Assembly: GCF_006345805.1 (NCBI RefSeq)
Contig: NC_042999.1
Location: 93,558,001 to 93,622,000, forward strand
Source: Octopus sinensis
Taxonomy: Eukaryota
DNA: 64,000 bases
Direction: 5' to 3'
The notes under the pieces were generated by a model. It did not search any database, was not told where the DNA came from, and saw only the letters and a program-made list of their open reading frames with translations. Positions 12,796 through 26,311 of this stretch are shown here, piece after piece (position 1 is the first letter of the stretch; the number at the start of each line of letters is the position of its first letter). Made by a program: the position numbers and the translations under genes.

Positions 12796-13565
12796 CCGGA
12801 TCCTCTAACCATATACATTTCGAAATATACACACGCTTATATACTTTTAATCTTGTAATTGTTTCAGTCATGGTTTAATTACATTTAAATGGGCATTACA
12901 TCAAAATCCGAGGTACGGGAAAACCGATCAATTCACTAATGGTAGTGTATTTTGAATAAGTTATGTATAATCAATGTGATAAAAAGGATTGGACGGAACT
13001 TAATTCAAAATTTTCTATATTAATTCTATTTAAAATCACTATAGTATACAAGTGTAAATTTTGGATTATTTGTGTCTTATGATAATGCTCAAATTGCTTT
13101 GTTTGTAGATTTTGCCTTTTTATGAAAATGAAAGCAGAAAACTCCCCTACGAATTAAAATCATATAACAAAAAGTAACAGTTAAAAAAACGAATACTAAT
13201 TTGTGAAAATCCCACTTTTTCAACAAATGTTTTGTATCTTGGAAACTACACATTTTCAAAGTATAAAAAATCAGCTTCCAAAAACTATTATGCATAGTTC
13301 TAAAATATTTTGATATATCTTGAGAATATTTTGAAAATATATTTAAAGCGCATCCACACAAATGACAGCCCTTGTATAGTAAACAAACCCAGAATGGGTT
13401 AAAATGACATTCCAGTTTTCATTAAAAAATATTTGGACGTTTTGAAAAGCAGCCAAGTAATATATTTATTCTTCTTTTCTGTTAAAAATATCTCTTATGA
13501 ACGAAGCAGGTAAAATGTAGTATTCATATACATACATAGGTATACATATATATAGAGATATGTAC

Positions 13566-13597
<32 letters not shown>

Positions 13598-13755
13598 TAT
13601 ATGTATGTATATGTATATATATAAGTATATATACACACATATATATGTATATATATGTATATATATTTATATATATATATATGTATATGCATATTTATAG
13701 CGATATACTACCACCGCCACTACTACTACTACTACTACTACTACTAATAATAATA

Positions 13756-13790
<35 letters not shown>

Positions 13791-13809
13791 GTAATAGTTT
13801 TATATATAT

Positions 13810-13882
<73 letters not shown>

Positions 13883-15705
13883 CATATATACATATATATA
13901 TACAGATATAGACATATTAGATACCATATAAACAGCTTTACACACAAAATCCCATACATACTGGAACCTAAGATATTTATACGTATTGCTGGAGAATTCT
14001 TTTCCAATATTTCCACTTTTCCCAATCAATAGAGATTTATTGATGGTTGCATTGTATTATATTATAATATTTACTATTTATGGCGTTTTGTACAGAAAAT
14101 TGCAATGCAAAAAAGGAAGCAGTCTCACATGCAATGTTTTGTATGTGAGTATATTTCAGAAATGCTTTGAAGATGATAATTAGAAAGAAACTGTCTAATA
14201 AATTCATAAGATTTATTAAATAGCAATTCTTTTCATAAAAGTAAAGTAAACTGCAAATGTTTCTTTGATTGTTAACAAAAATTAAAAAATATAAAAATAA
14301 CTGTATTAATTTTAGATATGTTACGAGCAAACGTATGAAAAGAAACATTCAATTTGTATAGTTACGTGTATTCGTTAGTGACAATGCAACATTTGCGATA
14401 TATTTAATACATTGGTATAAATTCTCATTTATATAACCGGTTTCAAAAGAACATTGATGAATAACTATTATTTTGTTTATAACAGTCAGCTTCATGGAAA
14501 AAAAAAAAAAAAACGTTGAAAACTTGATATACAAAGAGAAAAAAATGTAGATAGAATGAAATGTACTGTGAAGTTGTATTTGCTGACTAAACAGCAAACA
14601 TGAAAGTTTGTGAAATTAACTAAACTGCAATAAATGGTGGCGCAGAGCCATAAAATTGGCAAATTCTCTTAACTATGTTAGAACATCATGGCTGCAGTCA
14701 GACAAAATGCAAATAACCAAATATTGAGAATAACACGAAAGAAGAGATTTAAAGCTTCAGTAATTATTGTCAATAAAATTACGGATATTTGTATTTCCTT
14801 TATTTAAATGAATCAGATCTCTGAGAGTACTCAAGATTTAAAAGAGTGTGGCTAATTCAGGTAAATTTGATAAATGTTTCTGAATTGTTTTTCTCTTTTC
14901 TTTTAATTCTGATGGTGTTTATGTAATAGAATATAATTCTGTTATACACAAGTGTTGCTTCAACAGGTGTGTGGTGGGGAGATATTCAAGCACAACTAGG
15001 ATGATTCTGTTTAGTGAGCATGTTCGTTGTAATAAAGTAAAGTAAAAAAAAAAATAAAAAGCTTTGTTGGCAACAGGTTTGGCAGTTTAAAACTGGAATA
15101 AAGTATTTGTTTCACACATACAAACGCCAACTAAGATAGATTAGATTGAAATGAAGGAGGAAATACAGAGAAGCTGGTGAATCAGAACTGATTGGCGATA
15201 ACAATCACAACCAGAGAAAAGAAAATACTTCAAGCAAAAGAAGAATGTGTCATGCTTTTGTCTCTTTTATTTCTGCGATTTTAAGTTATGATTTTGGTCT
15301 TAGTATATTCAGTAACCGTTACAAATCCGTCGCTCTACGCTCGGGATAATTTTAACATAACAGTAGTTAATATGTTAACTTTGATAGGCAGGTTCCTATA
15401 GACGTGTAAACTAATGCTAGCACATAGAAAGTATTTATTTCGCCATATCAAGAGGACTGAATGGTATATACACTGTACTAATAAACTAATTATTTTAATC
15501 TTCACAACCGTAGTTGTCGAAGAACCGTGTTACGGAATTATAATACAAAAATACCAGTTTTAACTTTATTATTCGAATTTGATATTCTCTTAGGAATGGT
15601 ATTTGTTTCGCCAACCTGAATAATTGAACAATAACCTAAAACTTAATGAATGAATTACTTGGCATAACATGACAGTTTAAACTCATTGTATATATATTAC
15701 ATATA

Positions 15706-16966
15706 TTGCGTTGGCAACTAAGTTCACGCCTTCTTTTTAAAATTTAATTTTTAAAAGGTTTAATAAAAAATAACAATTATTAATCAATTATGTATTCACC
15801 CTTGTTGTTTACAACTTCTTTCCAATGTTCAACAAGATTTTTAATACCTCGTTGGTAGAAATCACCCGATTTCGACTCGAATAATTTATCCAACCAAGCT
15901 CTCAATTCTGCATCAGTATTGAACGAAACTCAGCGCATACCATTTGAAAGAGGTCAAAACAGGTGAAAATCAGTTGGTGCCAAATCAGGAGAACACGGCG
16001 GGTGTGGCAGCACTTCCCAGTCATACTTTGGAATGTCTTCCTTGGTCATATTGGCGATATGAGGGCGGGCGTTGTCATGCAGCTGAAGAACTCTATGCTG
16101 ACGACTAGGACTTTTCTCTTGAATATCCGTGTTGAGTCGTTCCATCAGTTGAACATAGAGTTCCGCGTTGACCGTTTGGTTCTGTTCAAGCAATTCGTAA
16201 TGGATAATCCCTTCCTAGTCCCACCATACGCACAACATCATTTTACGCGGATGAAGATCTTGTTTCACGCGCGGTGTCGCTTGTTTACCGGGGCTAAGCC
16301 ATTCCTTACGCTGCTTCATATTGATGTACAGGCACCATTTTTCGTCGCCAGTAATGATGCGGTAAAGTAATCGTTTCTTGTGTCAATAAGTTGAGCGTTG
16401 ACGAGCAAGCAAACCAGCGGAGATTGTGGCTCGCCGATTTTTGTTGTTATCACTTAAAGCATACGGAACTCATTCTCCATACTTCTGAACCTTTTCCATC
16501 AAGTGAAGGTGCTTCTCTATAGCAGTGTGGGAGCATTCCATTTTCTCTGCCAGTTTCCTTGTCGTTTGACGAGAATTTTCCTGCAAAAGTTGGTTTAATC
16601 GCTCTTTATCGCACTCAACTGGACGGCCAGAACGAGGTGTACCTTTGAGGTCAAAATTTCCATACCAATCACGAGCGGTTCTTTCAGCTATGGCACCCTC
16701 TCCATACACAGCACAAATATCGGGAGCAGCTTTTGCCGCCTAAGAACCTTGATTAAAAGCAAAAAGAATGTGTCGAAAATGTTCGTTTTTTACATTCCAT
16801 TTTAATGATCTGAAAATAAACAAAAATTAACTAAAATTAACTAGAAAAAAAATAGAGTCCAAAATGATTCAAAAAGAGAATTCTCGAAAAAAATTGATTC
16901 CAGAATTTAAAAACGCAATAAATTCCAAAATTTAAAAAAATGCCGGGAACTTAGTTGCCAACCAAA
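15706..16966 (-). mobile_element. Full-length decayed mariner (DD34D) transposon
   Basis: TIRs TTGCGTTGGCAACTAAGTTC / GAACTTAGTTGCCAACCAAA, TA TSDs (15704-05, 16967-68), 1261 bp. Confidence 0.92.
15780..16800 (-). pseudogene. Mariner transposase pseudogene
   Basis: Fragments YGEGAIAERTARDW...RSGRP; LHDNARPH; LPHPPCSPDLAPTDFHLF; C-terminal GEYIID*; frameshifts and stops. Confidence 0.92.
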
Positions 16967-17812
16967 TAATATACACTAATGACTAATATAGCGCAGTGCG
17001 GTAACTATATCTTCAAAACATCAGCTTAATCCGTGTTGTTTTCTTTTCCATCAGCCCGTTCTACTATAATTTCCGATTTGAATATTCACGATGCATAAAA
17101 CATGTTGGTGTTGATATTCAATTAGATATTTTGAAAGGATGACATGATCACAGTTCTTTCACATCTGGCTGACTTCGTTGATGTAATGTCGCATATGAAA
17201 CTGGAGATGAATGCTGCGAGCCTAAATTATTATGAGGACACAGAGATTTTCACTAGCACTTGTCTCTATTCTGGCATGTGTATGTAATCCACAAAAATGC
17301 ATTTCCATCTTCATTCCTTTTATTTCAACTATGATTTTCAGATTCCCGGGACAAGTAGAATCAATTGTAATCAAGTACTGGTGTCTATAGTATCAATTTA
17401 GTATTTTTCCTTAAGTGACCTAGGGCATAAATTATAAACCATTTATTTAATTTTTTGATGAAGCTCATTCTACCTTTTTACTTTATCACAGTTTGCTAAA
17501 ATATGCTATTCTTGCCAAAATACATGCATACAAAGATATATACATACACACGTTTCCTTATAACTAGTGTTATTAACTGTATTTGCACAACACAGAGGTC
17601 TATATGAAGCACACACCAGTTACATTTTATCACGTAAGGTATATTCATTTATATTTGAAAAGACTATACACACGAAATGCCTAAACGCACACACACATGC
17701 ATATATATATAAGCAACAGGATTTCAAGTAGTATTGCACTACAAACGTTTCAAGGGGCTCCATTTAATTGAAAACTGATGCACTTACATCTATTTAAATA
17801 CAGCGCTACCTT

Positions 17813-17866
<54 letters not shown>

Positions 17867-17904
17867 TACATATAGATATGTACATACTCACAGGTATATA
17901 TATA

Positions 17905-17954
<50 letters not shown>

Positions 17955-17957
<3 letters not shown>

Positions 17958-18153
17958 GGAGTAAACACATAAATGTGAAACAAGGTGGAAAAAAGAGTAC
18001 TCAAATACCAGAGGTAGAGTAATATGCTTTATTTAACAGCAGCAGAAATACAACAAAACCTGTTACTCGGAGTTTTAACAAAACTGTCCGACGAACGGGA
18101 ACGTGAAACTCCGAGTAACAGGTTTTGTTGAATCTCCACTGATTTTAAATAAA

Positions 18154-18154
<1 letters not shown>
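17955..18154. mobile_element. Penelope pLTR fragment with inverted duplication, embedded in (TA)n
   Basis: 49-bp inverted arms 18027-18075 / 18106-18154 (CAACAAAACCTGTTACTCGGAGTTT core identical); hammerhead-like motif inside. Confidence 0.7.
18084..18121 (+). ncRNA. Minimal type I hammerhead variant (core CCGACGA)
   Basis: CUGU-CCGACGA-ACG-GGAA-CGU-GAAA-CUCCGAG-UA-ACAG; stem I CUGU/ACAG, stem II ACG/CGU, GUA site; U4 replaced by C. Confidence 0.6.
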
Positions 18155-18200
<46 letters not shown>

Positions 18201-18398
18201 CACATATAGTTGTATATATGCATAATTCTTAATATTAACACTTAGCAGAAGCAACAGAGTGACAGAGAGCCGTTTGCACTTATCAATACACGAAACATTT
18301 GATCCTTGATTCTCTCATTTGCTTCTATTAAATGTTAATGAAAATATACACATACTCAAGTTTTGAATTCTATTTTTCCCTCTTTCCATCCACCATAA

Positions 18399-18770
18399 TC
18401 TCTCTATATATAAACGGCAGTTTGTCTGTGTGTATTTCTGTGTGTCTGTTAGGTTGTACCCTCACCCTGACCACGGCTTTCAACCGATTCTGATGAAACT
18501 TGACACACACATAGCCCAATGTCATAATTCAAAACTAACGCAGCGAAAATTTTGAAAAGTTCCCCCAGTTCTGAAAAAAATCGATAAATTCGACATGGGG
18601 TCGAGAATCAGAAACACAAACCACGGACTGTCTAGGGGACGCAACTCGACCTTTTTAACTAAAAAAAAAATTTACCATCACTTTTTTTCCATTTTTTGGC
18701 TATAACTCTCTAAAAATGCTTTATAGTTATTTCCCTTACAAACCCGAGCAACGCCGGGCGATACTGCTAG
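18399..18770 (+). mobile_element. Non-autonomous Helitron-like element
   Basis: 5' TC after A; 3' hairpin CCCGAGCAACGCCGGG then ATACTGCTAG followed by T; no TSD. Confidence 0.8.
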
Positions 18771-19002
18771 TTATATATATTTGTCAGTGTGTGTGTGTGT
18801 GTGTGTGTGCGTGTATATATTTATATATATATATATTATGCACACGCACACACATACACACACACACACACACGCACACACACACACAAACATATAAAGT
18901 TATTTCCGTGTTTCACCCATTTGTTCGACGTTTTCCGTAGATTAAAAAGTCTTTAGATTTTCAATTTCATATGACACCTCTCTGTTTTCACTCCTCATTT
19001 CT

Positions 19003-19100
19003 TTCTGTAGAAGAGCGTAGGCTCGGTGCGTCAAAGTCTCTTCCATTATATCCTGAGCGTCAAATCAATACACGTTGTCTGTTGTTCCATCACCTTTTTT
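19003..19100 (+). repeat. Decayed copy of the short CTGTCGAAGAGC...GCTCGAAAC repeat family
   Basis: TTTCTGTAGAAGAGCGTAGGCTCG...AAAG...CCTGAGCGTCA, homologous to 25910 and 63380-63512. Confidence 0.65.
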
Positions 19101-20264
19101 TATTTGTGCAATTTTCAACCATATGCATGCACGTATGTATGTATGTGTATGCATGCATATGTGTACGTATGTATACACATGTCTCCAATCGACGCTAACA
19201 TAGTTATAGCCAGCACGTAATCTCATAATTCCTGTACCTATTCATTTCGCGGGTAAATGAGAATGATAGCTAATTATTTTTACGCACCCAATTTCACATA
19301 TGACCCGTAAAATACCATAAACTTACAATTCAACAACAAACTATAGTACCAATCATATACTTAAACTAATCTCATATAAATATATGGAAGTTTCAAGATT
19401 ACAATGTCATATTAAATAGAAACGCTGAAGATTACTAATCTAGGCAAACGGCGAACTAATGGGTGAAATATGGAAACAATAAAGAAGACACGACATCATT
19501 TATCTATTATCCAAAAATGCTTCGACATCAACCAATCGAGTGGGATTCAAGTTAAAGATATTCAAAATATATTTAGTAACTATTAGACCTAAAAACCCAA
19601 AATGCAAATAGATTATTGTCATAAATAAGAAATCGCAGAACAGATAACTTAATGCAACTTGTTGAAAAACAACTGCAATAAAAGCATATGCGTCTGTATA
19701 CATGCATACCTACACACACACGCACGCTCGCACAAACACATGCACTCACACATACACACACACACATATGAATTTACTCGAAACAGAAACCAAAATGGTT
19801 AACACTTAATGCTACTGTAAATATAGAAAGTATAAAATTAATCGTAAAAAAGCATGTATTAAGCTAGTGTTTATTTAAGTAATCTATTAATGACTATTAA
19901 AAGGAATGAAAGAAAACGAAAAGCAGTCTATCGCTCAAAGAAAGGTAAAATTAACGAAAACATTTCGCTGATGTAATTAAGCATCCAGGTAATTAAAATT
20001 GTAATGAACGTAAAGAAAATCTGTCTACCACAAATTACATCGGACTATTAACATACAATTCAATCCAACAGTGACAGCAAGTCCCAGTATAAACTTTAAA
20101 ACTGATTTGTGATATTAAAAACATAGACAAGAATTTCCGAACATTTACATTCCATTCGAAAGCAACAACTACAAATAATTAAGCGCAAATAACAAAGCTG
20201 GAAGACACACATATCAGTACATAAATTTCAATACGGTATATACACACGCGTGCGCGCACGTAAG

Positions 20265-20295
<31 letters not shown>

Positions 20296-20599
20296 ATTTG
20301 TATATAATGCAATTTTCTGCGATAGAAAATTCAACAAATAAGGTAGTCTGTTGAGAGATACATTTTAGTTTTCCAAACGAAACAATACATGGAATGTATG
20401 TTTCTCATATGTTGAGAAATATCGCAATCCTATTTATCAAGTACAAACCACATATCATAACGAACTAAAAAAAACACCGAATAAGGGAAGAAACGCGAAA
20501 AAACTGAAAAGGCTACATATAGAAAACACGGAAGGTTAAAATAATACGGACAGCGAAAAACGAAAATACAAAAACTATATATTGGGCCAAATATACATG

Positions 20600-21420
20600 A
20601 GTTTTGTGGGTGACTGCGATACGTCCAATCCATAGTGGGAGTTTGAGAGAATTTCAAGATGAATTCCAGGTATTTGCTCTCCAATGCTTAGCGCAGGTCA
20701 CGTGGTGGTATTGCCATAAAAACGACACCAGGTATTTTATGCTCCCGTCTTCGCACTGGATGATGGCTGGGACCTTGCGCACATTTGGCAGTATGTTGCC
20801 CTTTGAGTATTCATTGATATTAGCTCCTTGAAGTGGATACCACAAATGATATGTTGGAATATTTATGTCGCCCAGCAAAGCTAAGTTGTCAACTAGTGTG
20901 TGAACACATTAGCGGTACCACATGTGGGGCATACTTTGGTAGACAACATCACCTCGATGTTAGAATTATTATGAAGATTGTGCCTATTAAAGACTGTAAC
21001 CTAAGACTGTTGGGCGAATTTACTTTCGCCCAACTTGATGCCGAAAAAAGTCACAGCACGTGAATGGCATCCAATAATTCTCAGTAACTATTCTCAGCAC
21101 ATACAAACATACAATACTTTAAGTGCTGGAAAAGGACAAATTCTACCTCCTCGTTTTCCTTCCTCTGAAGATTCCGTGGCTTTAGAAATGACTCCTCCAA
21201 CATCAAATGGTGTCTCATTAACTTGACCTCTCCCTTACACATCTAGGACTTGCAGTTCCCAGCTCAATCAAGCACAGAATCTACACTAACTCCAACAAAA
21301 AAGAAATGTATGAACTTCAAACCACTATCAGCACACAGACCATACAAAGCCTATACTCACCCATGCACAGGGCAAGATATCTAGTCGTTTCCACCTACAT
21401 AGCTCACCCTTTTTGTTTTT
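20600..21420 (+). mobile_element. Probable highly decayed Gypsy integrase remnant
   Basis: TTNDMLEYL (cf. HPQ.NG..ER) and NLRLLGEF (cf. LRLPGEF) in plausible order; no intact ORF. Confidence 0.4.
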
Positions 21421-22087
21421 GAAGCCTCAGTTATAACAAATACTGTAAAGAATGTTGTCGCTAGTGTGCTCGTACTCTATTGAACAAACCATGGATCACG
21501 TAACACTTCTATTATGTGCGATACCCAGTGCAAAGAACTGATGCCGCTAAAAATTATACGCTGTAGCGTGCCGCCAAATTGGCTCAAGCAACCTATCAAT
21601 GAAATTAAAATTGTATTTGTCACATGATGTGAAATAGTGCGGGGCTCAGTTGAAAACAGAAGGGTGATACAATTACTTAGAAGAAATGTTAATTATACAG
21701 ATTTATACACAATTTTGCAGACTGTTACATATGTCTATACAATATTTTTTTTCATTTTAGAACAGGTGAGAAGTTAGAACTGAAATATCTTCTACCTACA
21801 GCTGAATTCGATTACGCAATGCAATAAAGTTCAGGAGCTTATTGATCCGGTTATGCGTGTGTGTATCATGAAATAGTACACACAAGCATTTGCATACACA
21901 CACGCATACACACATCTGATAGCTTGACACCCCCACATATAAATACACGCACATAGACACATGCATTTGCTTAGACACTTCACCAAGGTTACAGTTGTCT
22001 CCCATCCGTTTAAGCACTTTATTGCAATCAATTCAACATGTGCAACCGTAAATCCAAACAGGTTTTACTTTTCCATTTTCTTTCCTC

Positions 22088-22200
22088 ATATCTTTCTGTC
22101 GAAGAGTGGAGGCTTGAAATATCAAAGACTTCTCCATTTTATCTTAGACTCAAATTAATTCACCTCGTTTGTTGTAGTCTCACATGTCTCTATATTCTGT
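22088..22200 (+). repeat. Decayed copy of the CTGTCGAAGAG repeat family
   Basis: CTTTCTGTCGAAGAGTGGAGGCTTGAAATATCAAAGACT, homologous to 25910-25950. Confidence 0.6.
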
Positions 22201-22228
22201 ATTTTGCTTTTTGTACTTGTGAGACCCA

Positions 22229-22328
22229 AATATATAGATGTATGTATGTATGTATGTATGTATGTATGTATGTATGTATGTATGTATGTATGTATGTATG
22301 TATATATGTATGTATGTATGTATTTATG

Positions 22329-22362
<34 letters not shown>

Positions 22363-22405
22363 TGTATGTATGTATGTATGTATGTATGTATGTATGTGTG
22401 TGTGT
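22229..22405. repeat. (TATG)n microsatellite
   Basis: Directly visible. Confidence 0.95.
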
Positions 22406-22742
22406 GTATCGTGAGTGAGGGAGCAGGATTATTATATGAACTTGGTTATTTTCAACATTATATTAATTTGGAAAAATTGATTTAGAGATGAAAAATTTAT
22501 AATTTGTCATGATGTGTGGAGCAATATTTCCCCAAATGGCATTAAATGAAAGAAAATTTATGTAATTTGACACTGAGGAGCAACGGTTGTATTGTGTCAT
22601 AATATAAGCTTAATAACATTTGGGAGATGAACAGGAATAAAATGTAGTGTAAAATACCACAGAGGACATTTACATTAATATTGGTTAAGTAACACAACGC
22701 TGAACAAACTGAAATTATATCACATATATACCCCGTGATATG

Positions 22743-22785
<43 letters not shown>

Positions 22786-23061
22786 ATACATAAACGTGTC
22801 TCTCTTTGTGCGTCTGTGCATATGTATATGTTTGCGTATGTGTTTCTGTGTCTGCGCGTGCACATATATGTCAGTGTATGTATGCCGGTATGGATATAAC
22901 AAAGAAACAATTACATATTAACCTCTTCAGGTGCGCGTGATGCAAGATCAGACCAAATGAAAAAAAGCTCATAATGTTAGCAAATTTTATTAATTACCAT
23001 AACAGTAAATTAGTTGATGTGTCATATTCTATCATTTCTACGAACTTAGCTGTATGTATGC

Positions 23062-23106
<45 letters not shown>

Positions 23107-23127
23107 TGCAGAAATGTAAACAGATGA

Positions 23128-23158
<31 letters not shown>

Positions 23159-24100
23159 GCAGGCAAATAGATAGAGAAATAGATATACATGTATGCTTCG
23201 TGTCTGACGGAGGTGATTTCACTAATGCATAATATATGAAGAAAATTAAGTCACACAAGTTGGAGCAATAATAGTGTCTTAAATATGAAGTAATCTCATA
23301 CGCTATTATGCATGTTATATCACTAATATACCTAATATAGACATGGACTCAATATTGACTAATTCATTGTGGCATCTGTTTTGACCTTATATTCATTATA
23401 CTATCATAGCTATATATTAGCATACCCGCATCGTCAAAAATGCTAACAATTCTATTAAATATAGAAAATGGCCTATCAAGTCAATGGGAGGAATCATTGA
23501 TAAATGTCAGCTATCAAATTATGCACCTACACACAATTGAAGCACTTGAACTATCAGAGAGAGTTTTAAATTTGACGAAGTTATCACCAAGTAAAAATGT
23601 GTCGACAACTATGATTGACAGTAGCTGGTGACAAACGGATGTGTAATTCCGAAGATGTGACGATTTACGTCATCAGATCAACCGCGGAAAGGACAGGACC
23701 CGAGGTGTAGAGCGATACCACATATGCTGCGGAGCCACTTCACAAGCGACTATCCAAAATAACTGCATCTACACAAATACACATTTCTTCGACTGTATCC
23801 GTCTGAAGATAGGCCTCTTCACCCGAAATAAGGAAGGTATATTATACTTTCATGTCTGCATACGTGAAAGCATTCTTCATTTATAGTTTCATTGATTGTT
23901 CTACTTCTGTATTATAAGGATACGTGTGAAGTACCACATACTTCAGGTATTATAGCAGACAGTTCACATATAATGGAGTTTAATGAAATATATCACACTG
24001 CACAACCTACTGAAAGCAAATGCGGTAAAGAGAAATATATCTACAGTTTTTCGAATGGTGACGTTATTTGTGCGTGTTCTGTGTGCGTATACACACACAG

Positions 24101-24133
<33 letters not shown>

Positions 24134-24310
24134 CACACACACACAACACACACACACACATATATATATATATAGAGAGAGAGATTGAGATGAATATGGT
24201 ACTTAAGCTAAGGCACCAGAATTTAGTCCGATATTGTCCATAAAATTTCAAAAAACGTGATTAAATTCAAAATAAGCAATAAGAATATCCAGAGGTAATA
24301 CAGAGGTAAT

Positions 24311-25162
24311 ACAGAAGCTACTAAGGTATCAAGAAGATATACATTGTTAAATACTCGATCTGTCACTGATGTATTTTGTTTCTTATAGGGTCTGTTTTAA
24401 TTTATAGTCTAGGTTATCAAATCCTTGTATATCTAAGGCTGAGAGAACAAAGGGGCTGAGGGAGCAGATAGAAATCATAGCTGTTATTGTCACAAAAATC
24501 AAGATTTATTAGAAGCAATATCATGAGGTTTGGTAAAGGAAAACTTAAAACAAGATGTTAACTGACAATTAAAGGGGCTGCCCACTAGCAGACCATTGAT
24601 AATGAAACAGGGGAAGTCTTATCATGTAGTACTATAGTTAAATAGTTTAAGCAATGTTACTATATTGTATACAGTTAAAGTTTAGGGTTATTCAGAGGAT
24701 TATTAAAAACAATATTTTAACAAAAGAATAGAAATTTATGAATACTTTTGAGTATATACCTAACTTTTACCATAATAGAGGGAGGAAAAGGAATTATCCA
24801 GAACTAGTTTAATATCTATACATATTTTACACTTAAATACTAACTCATCAGATGATATCTGTGAATATTGATTAATTGGTATATACTGGTATTAATAAAG
24901 GAGTATTGAGGTAAAAGAACATGCTAATTATATTAATATATAATTAATGATATATATGCTAATATATATACATATATGATTTCTTTCTGCTTCCTCAGCC
25001 CTACCCCTAACAGATACTGCTCCTTTGTTCTCTCAGCGTTAGATATACAAGGATTTGAGAAACTAGTCTATAAATTTAAGCTGACCCCATAAAAAACAAA
25101 AAATTAGTGACAGGCAGAGTCTGAAACAATGTATATCTTCTTGATACCTTAGTAGCTTCTGT
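24311..25162. mobile_element. Foldback/MITE-like element with ~170-190-bp inverted arms
   Basis: 24311-24479 is the reverse complement of 24975-25162 (ACAGAAGCTACTAAGGTATCAAGAAGATATACATTGTT identical; CAAATCCTTGTATATCTAA identical); no TSD found. Confidence 0.75.
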
Positions 25163-25909
25163 GCTGGAGTGAACACATGTTCTTTGTCTATCTCCTTAAC
25201 TTCTTGGAGATGTTAGGTATAATTATACTATACTATATATATACCATATGTATATAAGTATATACAATATGTTACATATATATATATATATATATAAATG
25301 TGTGTATATATATAAATATATATATACTTTCCGCTCCACCGTTCACTACTTGCAACACCTGTCTGTGTTCGGATTGTCCTTGCACAGAGGCCATCCGGAT
25401 TCCCGCTTGCGCTGTGAACAGGGATTAATTTTCTCTCTTCACTCTTTTACGCCATTTGGGCTCAACTCTCCCCCCTTTTCATCTACCCCCCCCCCGACTC
25501 CTAATTCTCTTTAGTCCTTCATCTTTTCACCCCTACTCTCTTTCCTTCCTCTTCCATTCTTATCCTTCTTCCCCCTTCTTTCCTCTTCTTCCCTCTTCTC
25601 TCTTCCCCTTCTCTCTTCATCACATCACAATACACCACCCACACATACATACATACACACGTCCAGACCACCAGCCCTCTTTCACACGAACATACATACT
25701 CTCTTATACACACACGCACCATCGTGTGGGGGCCACCTTCGTTTTGGAAGTCACTTGACCCTGTTATCTCCCCTACTATCCCTCTAGCGTCTAAAGTCTG
25801 ACCTCTGACCTCTGATCTCTGCCTGAAGTCAGAACGCCATGATAGATCGTTAGCTCCTACACGTATTTTTTTTCTCTCCTTGTTTCTCTCCTTGTTTCTT
25901 TTCTGTGTA

Positions 25910-25947
25910 TCTTTCTGTCGAAGAGCTTAGGCTCGAAACGTAAAAGA
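25910..25947 (+). ncRNA. Minimal type I hammerhead variant (core CUGUCGA plus extra A)
   Basis: UCUUU-CUGUCGA-A-GAGC-UUAG-GCUC-GAAA-CG-UA-AAAGA; stem I 5 bp, stem II 4 bp, palindromic ACGU stem III, GUA site. Confidence 0.6.
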
Positions 25948-26051
25948 CTTGTTCTATTTCTATTCCTGAGCGTCATACAAATACATTTGTTTGTTTGTAC
26001 TCCACCTGCCTTCGACTTTTGTTTATTTTCGTAAACCTTCCCGTTATATAT

Positions 26052-26145
<94 letters not shown>

Positions 26146-26238
26146 TAAACAGTAAAAATAATTACAGACATGGACAAGAACATGAAACACCACAGAGACG
26201 ACACAAGAACCACAGGACGGGACATTCGAAGCCCTCAG

Positions 26239-26311
26239 TCATCAGTCAAGAACCAGATCATCTTAGCAATTTCGGCTGATTAATCTTGAGATTGCTCCGA
26301 TATGGCCAGCC
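26239..26311 (-). ncRNA. Non-circularly permuted hammerhead candidate (AUC site)
   Basis: Minus strand: GGCUG-GCCAUAUCGG-AGCAAU-C-UCAAGA-UUAAU-CAGCC-GAAA-UUGCU-AAGAU-GAUCUGGU-UCUUGA-CUGAUGA; predicted cleavage between 26290 and 26289. Confidence 0.75.

Noticed and set aside
23798-23835. CUGAAGA...GAAA hammerhead-like order
   Set aside because: No convincing stems I-III; at best a decayed PLE remnant.
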